A DNA stretch of 45,965 nt from Rotaria socialis (Eukaryota). The notes below the pieces were generated by a model. It was given only the letters and a program-made list of their open reading frames with translations, was not told the DNA's origin and made no database searches. Below are positions 20,263 through 32,392 of the stretch, in pieces; the first letter of the stretch is position 1, and the number at the start of each line of letters is the position of its first letter. Made by a program: the position numbers and the translations under genes. The stretch spans positions 124,001-169,965 of the forward strand of contig CAJNYD010000133.1 of assembly GCA_905331295.1 (NCBI GenBank), in the 5' to 3' direction.

Positions 20263-22931
20263 TCACTGTGAAATTAATGATGGTTGTTGTTTAAAGATAA
20301 GAATTGATTCCGATGACCAATATAGATTGCAAGATTTGTAAACTAAATATATATTTATATAATAATAGAATACTATTTTTTTTTAAATAAAGTAAAACTG
20401 TTTACCTAATGTCCATACATATGGTACAAAAAAATCTTCAGGTTGTTCTTCTTCAACATATTTGAATTTTAATTCCGGAAATTTCTTAAAAAAATAATAT
20501 GTATAAAAAATAATGATGTTTCTTTTTTTTTACTTTTAATCTATCCAATGGAAACTGTTTTGCACCCATTTCTAAAGCTTCTTTCACATATTCAGCTGAA
20601 CGTTGTTCAAGTTTATCTACTTTGTCAGCAAAATATATTATAACCTAAATAGAACAGAATTTAAAAAGTGCTAATCGCTCTTTTTTATTTAATTTCAACT
20701 TACAATATCAATATTTTGTAAAATATCTTGAAAATTAGGATGTGTTCTATAATTATCGAATATATCTCTGTTATAAAGTAATGTATAAATAAGATTAATA
20801 TTATGTTGTAACGTATGTGTTAAACAAGAATTAATTATTTCTAAAACCATTCTCATAACATCTTCAATAATACTTAAATCTTGTGCATATTCATTAGATA
20901 CACTTTCATCTGTTGTTGATGTTTGTTGTTTAATAAGATCTAATGTTTTCGTATGTTTACGTGCAAGTAAATTAAATAAAGAAACAATTCGTTGTGAAAC
21001 ATATGTATGCAAATTTTGAAATTGTGATGACATATTTGCTAATGCAGCAAGGCAATTCGTATGCAAATATTTATCACGCATACGTGTCATATTAAATTGT
21101 ATTGTACGTAGAACAACAGCAACAAGTAAGCCACCTAAACTTATTTCACTCAATGAACGTTCGGTATACCTGAAAGATTTATTCATTGTATATGTTTAGT
21201 TCAAAAGTATAGAATTACCATGACAAACTTTTCAATTTTATGTCATGTATTGTTTTATTAAAATAATCATCTTCAGATAAAATCAGCAGAATAATTAATG
21301 ACATGTAAATATGATGTGAATTTCGTTCGGTAGCTGCATAAATGACTCGAAGAACCGGTAGGACAATCTGGTCGATATTCGTTCGAGATATAACATAAGC
21401 TTTAAAATGTTGATTTCGATGCAGTAACATATAGAGTAGCAATGTACTCTGATCTGTATGTGCTGTTTCACAGAGAATATCATATAAACGACGATAATCG
21501 ACAGAAAACCAAGGTAATGGTTCAGAATCCGGTAAATTTGTTGGACTATCTAGAAAAAGATTTTCTTTATAAAACTCTTAGACAAATAAAAATACTTGCC
21601 TTGTGTATCAGTAAAATGTAATAAAGCCAATCGATAAGGATTTCGATGAGCATCATTAGTAAAATGATTACTTAGAATTAAAAGTAAATGTATACTTTGG
21701 TTTGCTAAATGACGATTACGAAGTTCATAGGCTGGATCATCGGCAGTTACTGTTTCATCCGTTGTATTCGATGTCGACGATGAACCCATACCAAGCGTGA
21801 CTACAGACCATAGGCCATCTAAACAATATTATATATTCCAGAAAACTTTCTCCTGAAATTCATTTACGACTTTGATAAGGTTATCATCGGAAGACGATTA
21901 TGTGTGAGTCATTACAAAAATATTCATGGAAAAAAAGATATTTTTATCTAAATAACTTACATGCAACACTTTGTCCAATTTTATATAAAGCTCCACTATC
22001 ACCATCCGATCCACTTAAGGGAGCAACAGCTAATGTTGGCGGACATTCGGTTTGTTTAATAAAATGTTCTAATAATGTTCGTGTAAATTCCGATATTAAT
22101 AACGGACTAAAACAAAGTATGTATGAAATAAATCTTATTTTGAACAGTTGAAAATATGCATACTCAAGCCGATGCATAAAAATACTATAAATTGCATTGA
22201 TGAGTGCTGCTTCTTTCGCACACATTTGAATAGATAATAATGACAGTAAAGTATTCAAAACTTCCAAATGTAATGCATATGAATATGATTGAACTGGTAT
22301 AGCAATTGTCGTTCGAAATAATGTATCAACAAAATAACTCATTAATGAGACTCTATCTAAATAAAAATAATTTTTAAAAAAGCAACCGTCTTTTTTACTT
22401 TCAAAAATATACTTGGATTGTCTTGTGGTAAAAAATATGGATACAAATTTTGTTCTGAATCAATTTCAATAAAATATTTTGATATAGAACGAAGAATGAA
22501 TAGAGCACTATACGTTTGCCATGTAACAATATTACTAAAATAGCGAATTATTTTATTTTAATTTTAAGAGAAGTTATATTTATGTCATACTCATCACATT
22601 CATCACGAACAGCAGTTGCTAAGCGAATAAAAACTTCAATAAGTGTTCCATAATTATTTGTTTTAGGATTATTAGCTTCGAATTGTTGAAGAAATATTGA
22701 ACAGGATTCATCGATCAATTTTGAATGAGCACTAAAATAAGAAAATATCAAGAAATGATTGGTTTGTTTATTTTCTTCTTCTTTGCATTACGTAGTAAAC
22801 GGAGATTGAAGTCGAAATGAAAGAAATTGATTCCAAAATGGATCATTTGCTGATATAGTCTCTTCGCTAACAAATTGTGATAAATATTGATTAGATTTTA
22901 ATTCATTTAATGATGAATATTGTGCACCCAT
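20263..22931 (-). CDS. DYM: Dymeclin (Dyggve-Melchior-Clausen protein), multi-exon
   Basis: MGAQYSSL myristoylation start, [115 protein letters not shown]. Confidence 0.96.
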
Positions 22932-23454
22932 TTTTTTAAAAGATTATTTATTTCAGTAAAATACAATAATGTAAAAGCGCATCATCAATCGTAAGCGATC
23001 GAAAGATGATGCATACCGTACGCAAGCAAGGCATTTATATTCAAACACGAATGTTTGCAGCGACAAATAAAATGAATTTTGTTATAATTATGTAATATTT
23101 TTAATCAAACTTTAAAATATCGATAAAAATGAAGTTGAAAAATATATATCAATGCATATTTTCTCATAGACCCTGATAGGTGTCACTAACTGTTGATGCC
23201 GATCAGAAAGTATTTATATAGAGAATACAAGTTGCAAAACATTTTGTATAGTACCGCTGTTGAAAGTTATTTCTTTGATGCGGATGTAATTATGAGGGTT
23301 TAATAGGGAAGAATACACTCGTGATCTCTTTTAGCAATTTTTAAAGATATCCCTTCGAACCGACGATTGCAATCAGGTCTTAGTCTGGAGGCTCATATAC
23401 GTGCGAATAGTAAAGCTAATGCAACAAAATTTCGTTTTCAATCAATTTATGAGT

Positions 23455-24627
23455 TTATTCTATTGAAAATCGTTGAACACGGTGATTATTACGATCGACA
23501 ACATAAAGATTACCATATCGATCAAAGGACAAATTATCGAGAAGATTGAATTGATTTGCTCCTGTTCCTGAGTCATTTCCGCCCACAATCATAGTACCGT
23601 GGCCTGCTTCTTGATGCCAACGCATCACACGATTGTTCAACGTATCAACAAAGAGTCCGTTAGGATGATTCAATTGTGTCAGAGCATCCCCTATACCGTG
23701 ACCTCCAGCGGTGACAATGCTATCTTTTGCACCTTTATTCCACCGCATTACCCCAGGTCGAAGCAACCGGCCCGGGAAACAGCCGATTCCCGCGCATTCC
23801 CGCGATTTCACGGAAGCAGTATTCCGGATCGGAAAATCTACAGATTTTTCCTGTAATTTCTGCCAAGCTCCTGTTGGTTCACGCCGGAAATCACCGGAAA
23901 AATTCGTCCCGGAATCCTGCTTCCAGGGTCCGATGATATCCGGCGTTTTCCTGCATGTTCCGGTGCGTTTCCAGTATGTTTCTGACCGGTTCCAATGAAA
24001 TCCGCCCATTTCCGGAGGCCGGAAACATCGTCCTGGGACGCGATGATTGTAACTGTCTGATACATAAGCATTCTGTTGTCGATCTACAAAAAGATAAGTC
24101 GGAAGGTTGAGTCGATTGAGATACACACCTTCACCATTGCCACCAGTCACGAGAGTACTATTCTAAGTTCCCAATTACTATCGTCTAACTTCATGTTTTT
24201 CGATGTCAGAGACAGAGATATCTGTGATTATCCATAGCCAATCCATAGCATGCGATGTTGCTAATGAGAATTTCTCCTTGTTCTGTGCCTCTACGAAGAG
24301 ACCATTGTAAAATTCGTCGATTCCCTTGATCGCAAACAATGAGACTATCCGTCTCTTGGTCGATCAATATATCAGTTTGATCTTTCAATTGATTCAATTC
24401 ATTTCCTGAGTCTTTGCCACCAGCAACAGCGTGCCCATAATTATCACCTTTGTACCATTGCACGATACGATGATTTAATTGGTCAATAAGGACCACTGTT
24501 TGATCATCATCGACCCATAAGCCCAAAGGATAGTAGAGTTGATAATTGACACTACCATATCCATGACCCCCAGCAACAGTGATTCCATTTTGTGCCCATC
24601 TGGCATCGCCAGGAATATTGAGTATAA
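23455..24627 (-). pseudogene. NHL-repeat (beta-propeller) protein pseudogene
   Basis: W(A)QNGITVAGG..QLYYPLGLWVD..NHRI repeats. Frameshift near 24210, in-frame stops at about 24163-24180, a short internal deletion, and a MITE insertion. Confidence 0.88.
23752..24037. mobile_element. GC-rich non-autonomous CMC/EnSpm-like MITE inserted in the NHL gene
   Basis: CCCAGG...CCTGGG termini, imperfect TIRs, 2-bp TSD AC (23750-51, 24038-39), multiple CCGGAA repeats. Removing it restores NHRVMRW. Confidence 0.85.
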
Positions 24628-24733
24628 CTACAAAAAACAAGAAGTAAGTAAAAGAGAGGGTGTATGTGCCATGAAACAGTTGTGAAAACCGTAATAGTAT
24701 TTTATTGATAATTTCAGGTTTAGCTATGTATAT

Positions 24734-24950
24734 GAGCGTGATACGACATGACCGCGCGCGACACTTCCGCGCAACAGTGATCGTGGGAGCAAAAGTTGAG
24801 GGTGAGCTCGAAAATAAGGGTGAAAACGAAAACAAAAGTGAGGGGACGAGTGAGGGTGAGAGTTAGAATGAGGACTTTGCGAGCAAATATTATGCATGAA
24901 CCTGTATTGCGCCGTAGTGTCGCGCGCGGAAATGTCGTGGAACCGATCTC
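24734..24950. mobile_element. MITE-like element with GC-rich inverted arms and an internal hexamer array
   Basis: CGACATGACCGCGCGCGACAC / GTGTCGCGCGCGGAAATGTCG inverted arms flanking 13 in-phase degenerate TGAGGG hexamers (24797-24874). Exact ends and TSD are uncertain. Confidence 0.7.
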
Positions 24951-25396
24951 CAATGAAATATATCTAAAATATTCGATTTTCCACTCATTTCGATATTGAA
25001 TACTTTGATAATAATTATGCTTTATGATTCACCAGTCAACAGACTTTCAAGTTGTTATCGATCACAGTAGAAAATTCAGCTTGCCCAATGAATGTAATAT
25101 AAAAAGTTCTTTTTATTAATTTTACTGCTAGTTAAAACTCTGAAAAATATTGTGAAATTTTCAAAAATTCAACACGAGTGCTCTTCTATTCTCTAGAATA
25201 CTTTTATTCTCGATTATAGAATATATTGATATTCGAAAGGTGATTCAAATAAGAAAAAGCTCGGAGATTTTTTTTTAATCAGAGAGATACACAAAAATTC
25301 TTCTTTACAAGAGTCTTCACTGATTTGCTTCAATTTTAGACGTGTCTTTCTTTTAAAACACCAACAATACGAGCAGTGATTTATCTACTGTATGGG

Positions 25397-26432
25397 TAGG
25401 GTGGGCGGCGCTCACCCGAAAATAAAAAGTTGATTTCATTAAAGTAACGGGTGGCCCATAAAGAATGGCGGTCTCATTATTTACTCAATATCGTTTTTGC
25501 TCTTCATTGATTTGAACTGAACATTTTCCCAGAAGATTGAGCATTCAATTCTCTACAAACTCATGTATAAAAGACTTTTTAAAACTACAAAACGGCTAAG
25601 TACTAAAACGAAGTAAAAAGGTTAACAAATCTTCAACTTTCAAGGTCAACATACATTAACATTTGGAGTATGTTTCAACAATTTATACGCAGGCTTAAGT
25701 TACGGGAGAAACATTTTCTGGTATTTTCAAGCACGCTCTTTTCGATATCTTTGGAAAACATTTCTTTAAAAATGGTCTTCGCCTATTAAATCGATATTTT
25801 CTGAAAATTCGTCCATAACGCCTTAGTTTCAGTTTACAAGAAAGTCTACTGCAAACGAAACTTTGAATCACTCGAACAAGTATACAGGGATATAGTCGAG
25901 TATGTTGGCTTTCAAAGAAAAAAAAATCGTCAAAAAATAACACTTTAAGTGAATGGCATGCTTTTTAGTGCAAGCATCAAAAACATGACGCGACAGTTGT
26001 GTTTTTTTAGAAACAGCGAAAACATTTATGCAGAATCTTTTTCTTATTTGGTAATGAAAAAAAATTCGAAGGCATGAATCTTGCCAGAATCTGATGCTCT
26101 TTCACATGGTAGCCTGGGTTTTTCATAGATTCTCATATGGAAAGCAAATTTTCAAAAAAAAATGGATTTAGTGCTTGAAAGTTGAAGATTTTTCAACCTT
26201 TTTTCTTCGTTTTAGTACTTAGCCATTTTGTAGTTTAAAAAATCTTTTACACGTGAGTTTGTAGAGAATTGAATGCTCAATCTTTTGGGAAAATGTTCAG
26301 TTCAAATCAATGAAGGGCAAAAAAGATATTGAGTAAATAATGAGACCGCCATTCTTTATGGGCCACCCGTTCCTATATGATAACAAATTTTCTAGCCAGC
26401 AGCCTCTCCAAAAATTTCAACCGCCCACCCAA
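25397..26432. mobile_element. Outer short element (hAT-like termini) interrupted by the element below
   Basis: TAGGGTGGGCGG at 25397 and CCGCCCACCC at 26421-26430 form an inverted pair. No TSD found. Confidence 0.4.
25446..26371. mobile_element. Non-autonomous Tc1/mariner-like element with long TIRs
   Basis: About 200-bp near-perfect inverted arms beginning AACGGGTGGCCCATAAAGAATGGCGGTCTC. No transposase ORF. The expected TA TSD is not clean. Confidence 0.8.
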
Positions 26433-28222
26433 AAAATGAAACCTAGATAAAACACTGAATACGAGTGATGATAATTTGGCCGCGATGAATAAATATTGTT
26501 TTGCTTTCCTATGTTTCTCGTGATACGATGCTTCATTCATTTCTTTTTTATTATCGAAACTTCAATGTACTTTTTATCATTTAAATCAAACAACTATTGT
26601 AGATTTTTTATCATCAAAACAATATACATAACAGCATTGGTCTGCCGCGATAATTTATCATTTAGAAATAATAACCAAGAACAATTGATAACGTTTACAA
26701 CAGAATGATGTTGTATATTTCTATTGCTATTATATTTGTCCTAAGTGACCTTTTAAAAATAAATTTCAATGAAATTGTGAAGCACAGCTTAATATATATA
26801 TATATATCTGAATTACTTATTTTCTAATTCCATTTTCAATTTTAAGTAACACAGCCCATTATGTTTTACAGAAAAACATTGAATATAATATTCTTCTATT
26901 TGTCATGCATACCTTATTAATGAAGTACTTGTAATATATTTGCCTATTTCCGTTTATTCAGGTAGTAAACAATCAAGAACTATGAATATTTTTATTGGAT
27001 ATGTAACCTTTTTTAAAAACATAAGTCAATGTCTATTGAAGCCTTGTATGTGCGAAACATTTTTGCAATAATACAGAACAGTGGATATATATCTACTGTT
27101 AACTCCTATTTCGCTCTTAAACTCCAAAGCATCCTTTATCTACAGTCTTTCATTTTCGGACCAATGTCACTACCAGGATATATGTCCAACCATGCGATGC
27201 CGTAGCTTTCAGTTTCTTATAGTGTAAACGCATTTCTTTCCTACAGAAGGCTTTATGACCTGCTTGAAGTCCGAGAACTCTGTAAGTGCTTGAATTATCT
27301 ACTCACTGTCCTAGTTTGGAATTTCGAAGGGTTCCTGGAATTAGATCACTATTGGATAGAACAGAAAAGAAGTTTCAACTTTTCTATCGAATGAAACATT
27401 TCAGCAGAGTCGAAAGACTCCATGAAACATCATTGAAACAGGCAATGCTAAAGTTAGCGTCCTCAGTTGCTTTCTTATCACATATTTGCAATCGAATAGT
27501 AAAATATATTTCTTCATTTGTTTTTTTCATGATAAGGGCGCGAGGGAAAGAAGAGAACAACTACGTCGTTATTCTTTGCACAATGTATAAAATAGATCAC
27601 GAGAATTTGCAACGATTCTTTCTTTTTCTACTCGAACATTACACAAACACTTTATTTTTTGTTTGATTTTTGGTAGTAGAATCGTTAGTGAAAGAAGAGC
27701 GAAGCAACTACGTCATTGTTCTTTTGATAATAAATAATTTAAAGTACGCAAAGCTGTCACACGTCTTCCTTTTTTCTGCTTAAAGACAATGCAAAAAAAA
27801 CATTTTCTTTTCTGTGTTTCATTCTAGAAGAAGCGATGAGAATGGATCCAAGTATCCCCATCATATATTTCATGTTCCTTCTGCATTCTCTGTATCTTCA
27901 CCATATATGAGATATGATTAAAATGCGAAGGATATGATAATGACACATAGTATGCCAGAGTTAACTTTTTCTCCCTGTTAAAATCGATGGCGTGATGGTA
28001 ATAGTTGAAATATAACTCGAAATATGTTTAATTGCCTAAGAAACTTTCGAAAATTCTGGTAGAAGCTTTCTGAGAAACACGTTCTAAAAGGAAATTGACG
28101 TATATAGAATAGAAAGTTTGCCCACCCCCTCACACCCACAGCTTCTTGAAACAGGGGGCACTACTACATATGCAACGTATTATTTTTAGGGCGTTGGCTT
28201 CAGTTAGATATTAAACTGAATT

Positions 28223-28813
28223 ATGGGTAGTACATTCTCTTCCACTACCGATGATCATCATTCGACTTTCTATGCAACCTCTGTATCATCATCAGTAAAA
28301 TCTGATATTCCTTTCGAGGCGGAATCATTACGGCGTGAAGCACATCAATGTAAATCTGAAGCGGAAGCAGCATCGCGGCAATCTCAACATGAATATCATT
28401 CTGGACGTAAATCAGAAGCAAAAGCATTGTCAAATCAAAAAAAAGATCTGTATTCCCAAATGGATGAGAAAAATGAGCAAGCTGCGGCATTGATTTTCCA
28501 GCATTTTAATCAAAATCTTCCAGAGCACTTCATCGATTTGCACGGCCTTTACGTTTTTGAAGCATTGAAATATTTACAACAAAAATTAAATGAATGTCGT
28601 TCATCGTCTATATCACGACTGACAGTTATTACAGGGATGGGAAATCACTCACCACATAAAATGGCTAAAATTAACCCAGAAGTCGAGAATTTCGCCCATA
28701 GAAACAATTTAAAAATTATTCCAGGTCGTGGGCGCGTTGAGATACGCTTGGATACTGATGATCAATATGAAAAGGTTGATTATCAGGACAGTGATGGATG
28801 TATAATTCTGTAA
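28223..28813 (+). CDS. DUF1771 + Smr-domain protein (putative endoribonuclease) with N-myristoylation and CaaX motifs
   Basis: Intronless, 196 aa. Helical segment SQHEYHSGRKSEAKALS..MDEKNEQAA (DUF1771), IDLHGLYVFEAL and VITGMGNHS (Smr). Starts MGSTFS and ends CIIL-stop. Confidence 0.9.
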   Translation: MGSTFSSTTDDHHSTFYATSVSSSVKSDIPFEAESLRREAHQCKSEAEAASRQSQHEYHSGRKSEAKALSNQKKDLYSQMDEKNEQAAALIFQHFNQNLPEHFIDLHGLYVFEALKYLQQKLNECRSSSISRLTVITGMGNHSPHKMAKINPEVENFAHRNNLKIIPGRGRVEIRLDTDDQYEKVDYQDSDGCIIL

Positions 28814-30203
28814 GAGTGTTTATGATCGGTGTCAAAATGCAACCTTGTTTTGTAGATAATAAAACATTTCTAAGAGCAACTAACATGTTTAGGAAAGAAT
28901 ATCTAGGACTGAATATGGATGTGAGATTCTGGGTCCAAATGTGTGCATACTGAAGACTCCTCAGTGAGGAAAAGAATTCTACCTAAAAAAACTAGGACTA
29001 TTACAAATACAGAAAATAAAAGTATTTTATTTCTACCTTTACGTCTTCTTAAACCATTGCATCTCTATCGTTCCCTTTTGTTGAACAAAGTTCACTTGTC
29101 CATTTGCTTGTACTTTTACTTAAGTAATACAATCTATAAGCATTATTCAATTTTCTTGAAAATAATGCATCCTATTTATAAATGCTGATGTGTCTACACT
29201 AATATGACCCGTATTCAGAGAAGAATGAAGGTTTCCGTATTTTTAAGATATTTTCTATAGCTTTCACCGATACCAACAAAGCGCTTTTCAAAGTATTCAG
29301 CTTTAGTTCATTGAAAAGCCCTATTTCAATGAATATTCCAATGATGAAAGCAAACACCATACTTTAGTATTATTATGAGTACCTAAAATCAACCAGAACC
29401 AAAAGTACTTCGGCCGGTCTAACCAGAATAAATAATCTTTTCAAAATCTCTTCAATAACTCTATCCGTTTCGACAAATTCAAATTTTTTTCAAAAACAAT
29501 CAACTTTTATTCTGTATTAACATCGTTACAGATCTATATCTCGAAGAAAAAAATAAGAATAACATTCACTATAGTCATACTGCAGACATACAACATGATA
29601 TTTCCAAAAAGAAAACACAACTATCCTCTATGTAACAATTTTGGATCGTTACACTTCACTTCATATACATTATCCTCTTTGCTATATGATTTATTTTGCT
29701 TGGATAGATTGAAATGAGATGTTTTTCAACTAATAGATTACAACAGATTACTTAATGGAATGACAGTTCGCAACGATGTACGACCACATGGCTAACATTG
29801 TTAGTTATGAAGTACTAAATCTGATGGTAGTAAAGTTCATAAAATTATCCGATGATTATCAATATTTACATCTTTTCACAGCAAGCAGAAAAAAGGATTT
29901 TCATAGAATTTTCTTGCATTAGAAAAACAAATTTCATTTCAATCATTTCTACTGATCTAATAGTCGTAAATTCCAAGTACTCGGCTAGAAAAATAATTAA
30001 CATGCCTCAGTCATCGAGCATGATGTGTTTTGTTTATCCTTCTCCGTTTCATGATTTTTCATAACACCTTATGATTTTTTGTAAAAGAAATTGTACAATC
30101 AAATCATTAAATAAGTCACATGCAACAATTTTTTTTCGTGTTGTTCTGCCGTTTGGCATGGAAGTGAAGAAAGAAAAAGTCAAAAAGCAATACCTGCATT
30201 GCT

Positions 30204-30210
30204 TATATAA
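30204..30210 (+). promoter_or_regulatory. Candidate TATA box for the second ART-TPR gene
   Basis: TATATAA about 60 nt upstream of the ATG at 30271. Weak evidence in AT-rich DNA. Confidence 0.3.
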
Positions 30211-30270
30211 GGACAAGTTGGACTGAATCTGACAATCAAAATTTTAAAAAATCAAAAGAAAAAAGTAACA

Positions 30271-32392
30271 ATGACGGCAACATACACTTTTGTGAATAAT
30301 AATGATCTAGAAACCGTTTGTCTTGTTTGGCTTGATGCTTCAGTAAATATATCATCTGAAAATATTGCTACTCAAAAAGAGCTTCGCTCTATTATTCATC
30401 ATTTTAAAACATTTTCAAATGCTCCAGATTGTAAACAATACATACAACAAAAGTCTCAATATGATCGAGTATTTTTAATTGCCAGCGGACGTTTAGGTCA
30501 AGAAATAGTACCACATATTCATCACTATCGACAAGTGTTCAACATTTATGTTTATTGTCACGACAAAGAAAAAAATGAAGAATGGGCTAGAAAATTCATC
30601 AAGGTAATTTTCATCAAATTATTCATCATTTTAAAAAGGAGTGTAAAAAGTAAATAAATGCTTTTTTTTGTTCTTTGTAATTTTTTGTTTTCATAGTAGT
30701 CATAAAATTCAAGTTTGAGCAAGACAAATTACTCTTTTAGTGATCTAGTTTCATTGATTTTCACCAATTATGAAATCACATTTTTTTAAATTTTAGGTGA
30801 AAACTGTACAAACCAGATTAGACACACTTATTAATCGTATTCAATCAGATTATTCAAAACGATGTCAATTCAAACTGGATGAACCATTTCCAATAAATAT
30901 ATCTAAAACAAATAATTTATCAGACGAATTACTCCATGATGATATTTTTCATTCTCAATTACTCATTGATTGTCTTCTTCAAATGAAAACATTATCAACG
31001 GATGTAACAGGCTTTGTTAATACATGTTTACAACAATATAATAATGATCCAAATCAAACATCGATCATTCATGAATTTAAACAAAAATACAGTTCTGACA
31101 AAATATTATGGTGGTATACGCAAGATTCATTTGTTTATCGTCTATTAAGTAAAGCAATGAATGTTAAAAATTATAATTTTTTACTTAATTTTGGATTTCT
31201 TATTCGTGACATATGTGGAATTATACAAAAATATCAATTAAAATCTTCCATAGAAGTTTATCGTGGTCAAATCATGTCGATCGATGAATTTAATACATTG
31301 AAAAGTTCTCTTGGACAAAATATATCAATAAATACATTTGTGTCAACTGATTATGATCGGAAATCAATAATATCATCGTTAAATGAATTTCCAATAACAA
31401 ACGATTCTCTACGAGTATTATTTGAAATTCATGCCGATCCAAATGTCGATAATTCAAGACCATTTGCAAATATAACATCTTTAACTTATTCTCCTCACCA
31501 ACAGCAAGTTTTATTTATGTTAGGTTCAGTTTTTCAACTTACTGATATTCAACAGGATAAAAAATATGGTATATGGATTGTTAAAACTGTTCTAAAAAAT
31601 CTTAAAAAATCATACGATGAAAAAGATCTGGTCGCATGCGGTCGTACATTACAAAAAATGGGTAGAAATGATGAAGCTGAAATGTTTTTTCTACGTTTAC
31701 TAAAAGAAATGCCATCGAATCATGAAGATATATCTAAATGTTACAGTACACTGGGTTACTTATCATTTCTAAAGAATAACTATGATTCCAGTCTTAATTG
31801 GTATGAGAATTTCTTAAAAGTTTCAAAACCTGATGATCCAAATTTAGCTGATATTTATTATTCTATCGGTTGTGTTTATCAGAATATGTTTGAATATAAC
31901 CAAGCATTACAATATTATGATAGAGCTTTACTTATTTGGAAAGAAATATACGGCGATGAAGGCGCTCTTGAAATGGCCGAATGTTTAAATAATATGGGTT
32001 GTATTTATGAAAAGGAACAATATTATTCAAAAGCATTATCGTGCCATCAACAAGCTTTATCTATACGTGATAAATTTCATGCTGATATAGGTCGATCGTA
32101 TAATAATATTGGTAACATTTATTTTGCTATGGGCGAATATAATTCTGCAATAGAAAATTATAATTTTGCATTTCAAGAAAAATGTAACTATGCTTCACCG
32201 CAAGATCCATCTTTAGCAACAACATTAAGAAATATAGCTCTTGTATTTGAAGAAGATAAAAATTTTTTAGAAGCTTTAAACTATTTTAAACGAGCAGCAT
32301 CGATATACGAAAATCTATTGCCATCAACACACATTGATAATGTTGAAGTTCAAGAAGATATTCGACGTATTTCATCGTTTATCAAATCTTAA
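30271..32392 (+). CDS. ART-like domain + TPR protein, probably catalytically degenerate; 2 exons (30271-30603, 30797-32392)
   Basis: Phase-0 intron GTAATT..TTTTAG. CLVWLD N-terminal domain, LWWYT, YRGQ, FVSTD in place of STS, QQQVLF in place of ExE, then about 6 TPRs. Confidence 0.9.

Noticed and set aside
23455..24150. 231-aa ORF as an intact novel chimeric protein
   Set aside because: GTG start inside a frameshifted NHL pseudogene, and the middle 96 codons are MITE-derived.
24720..24999. RV/LT-repeat ORFs
   Set aside because: Translations of the hexamer array.
27286..27666. 126-aa ORF
   Set aside because: GTG start, no recognisable motif, no consistent splice partners.
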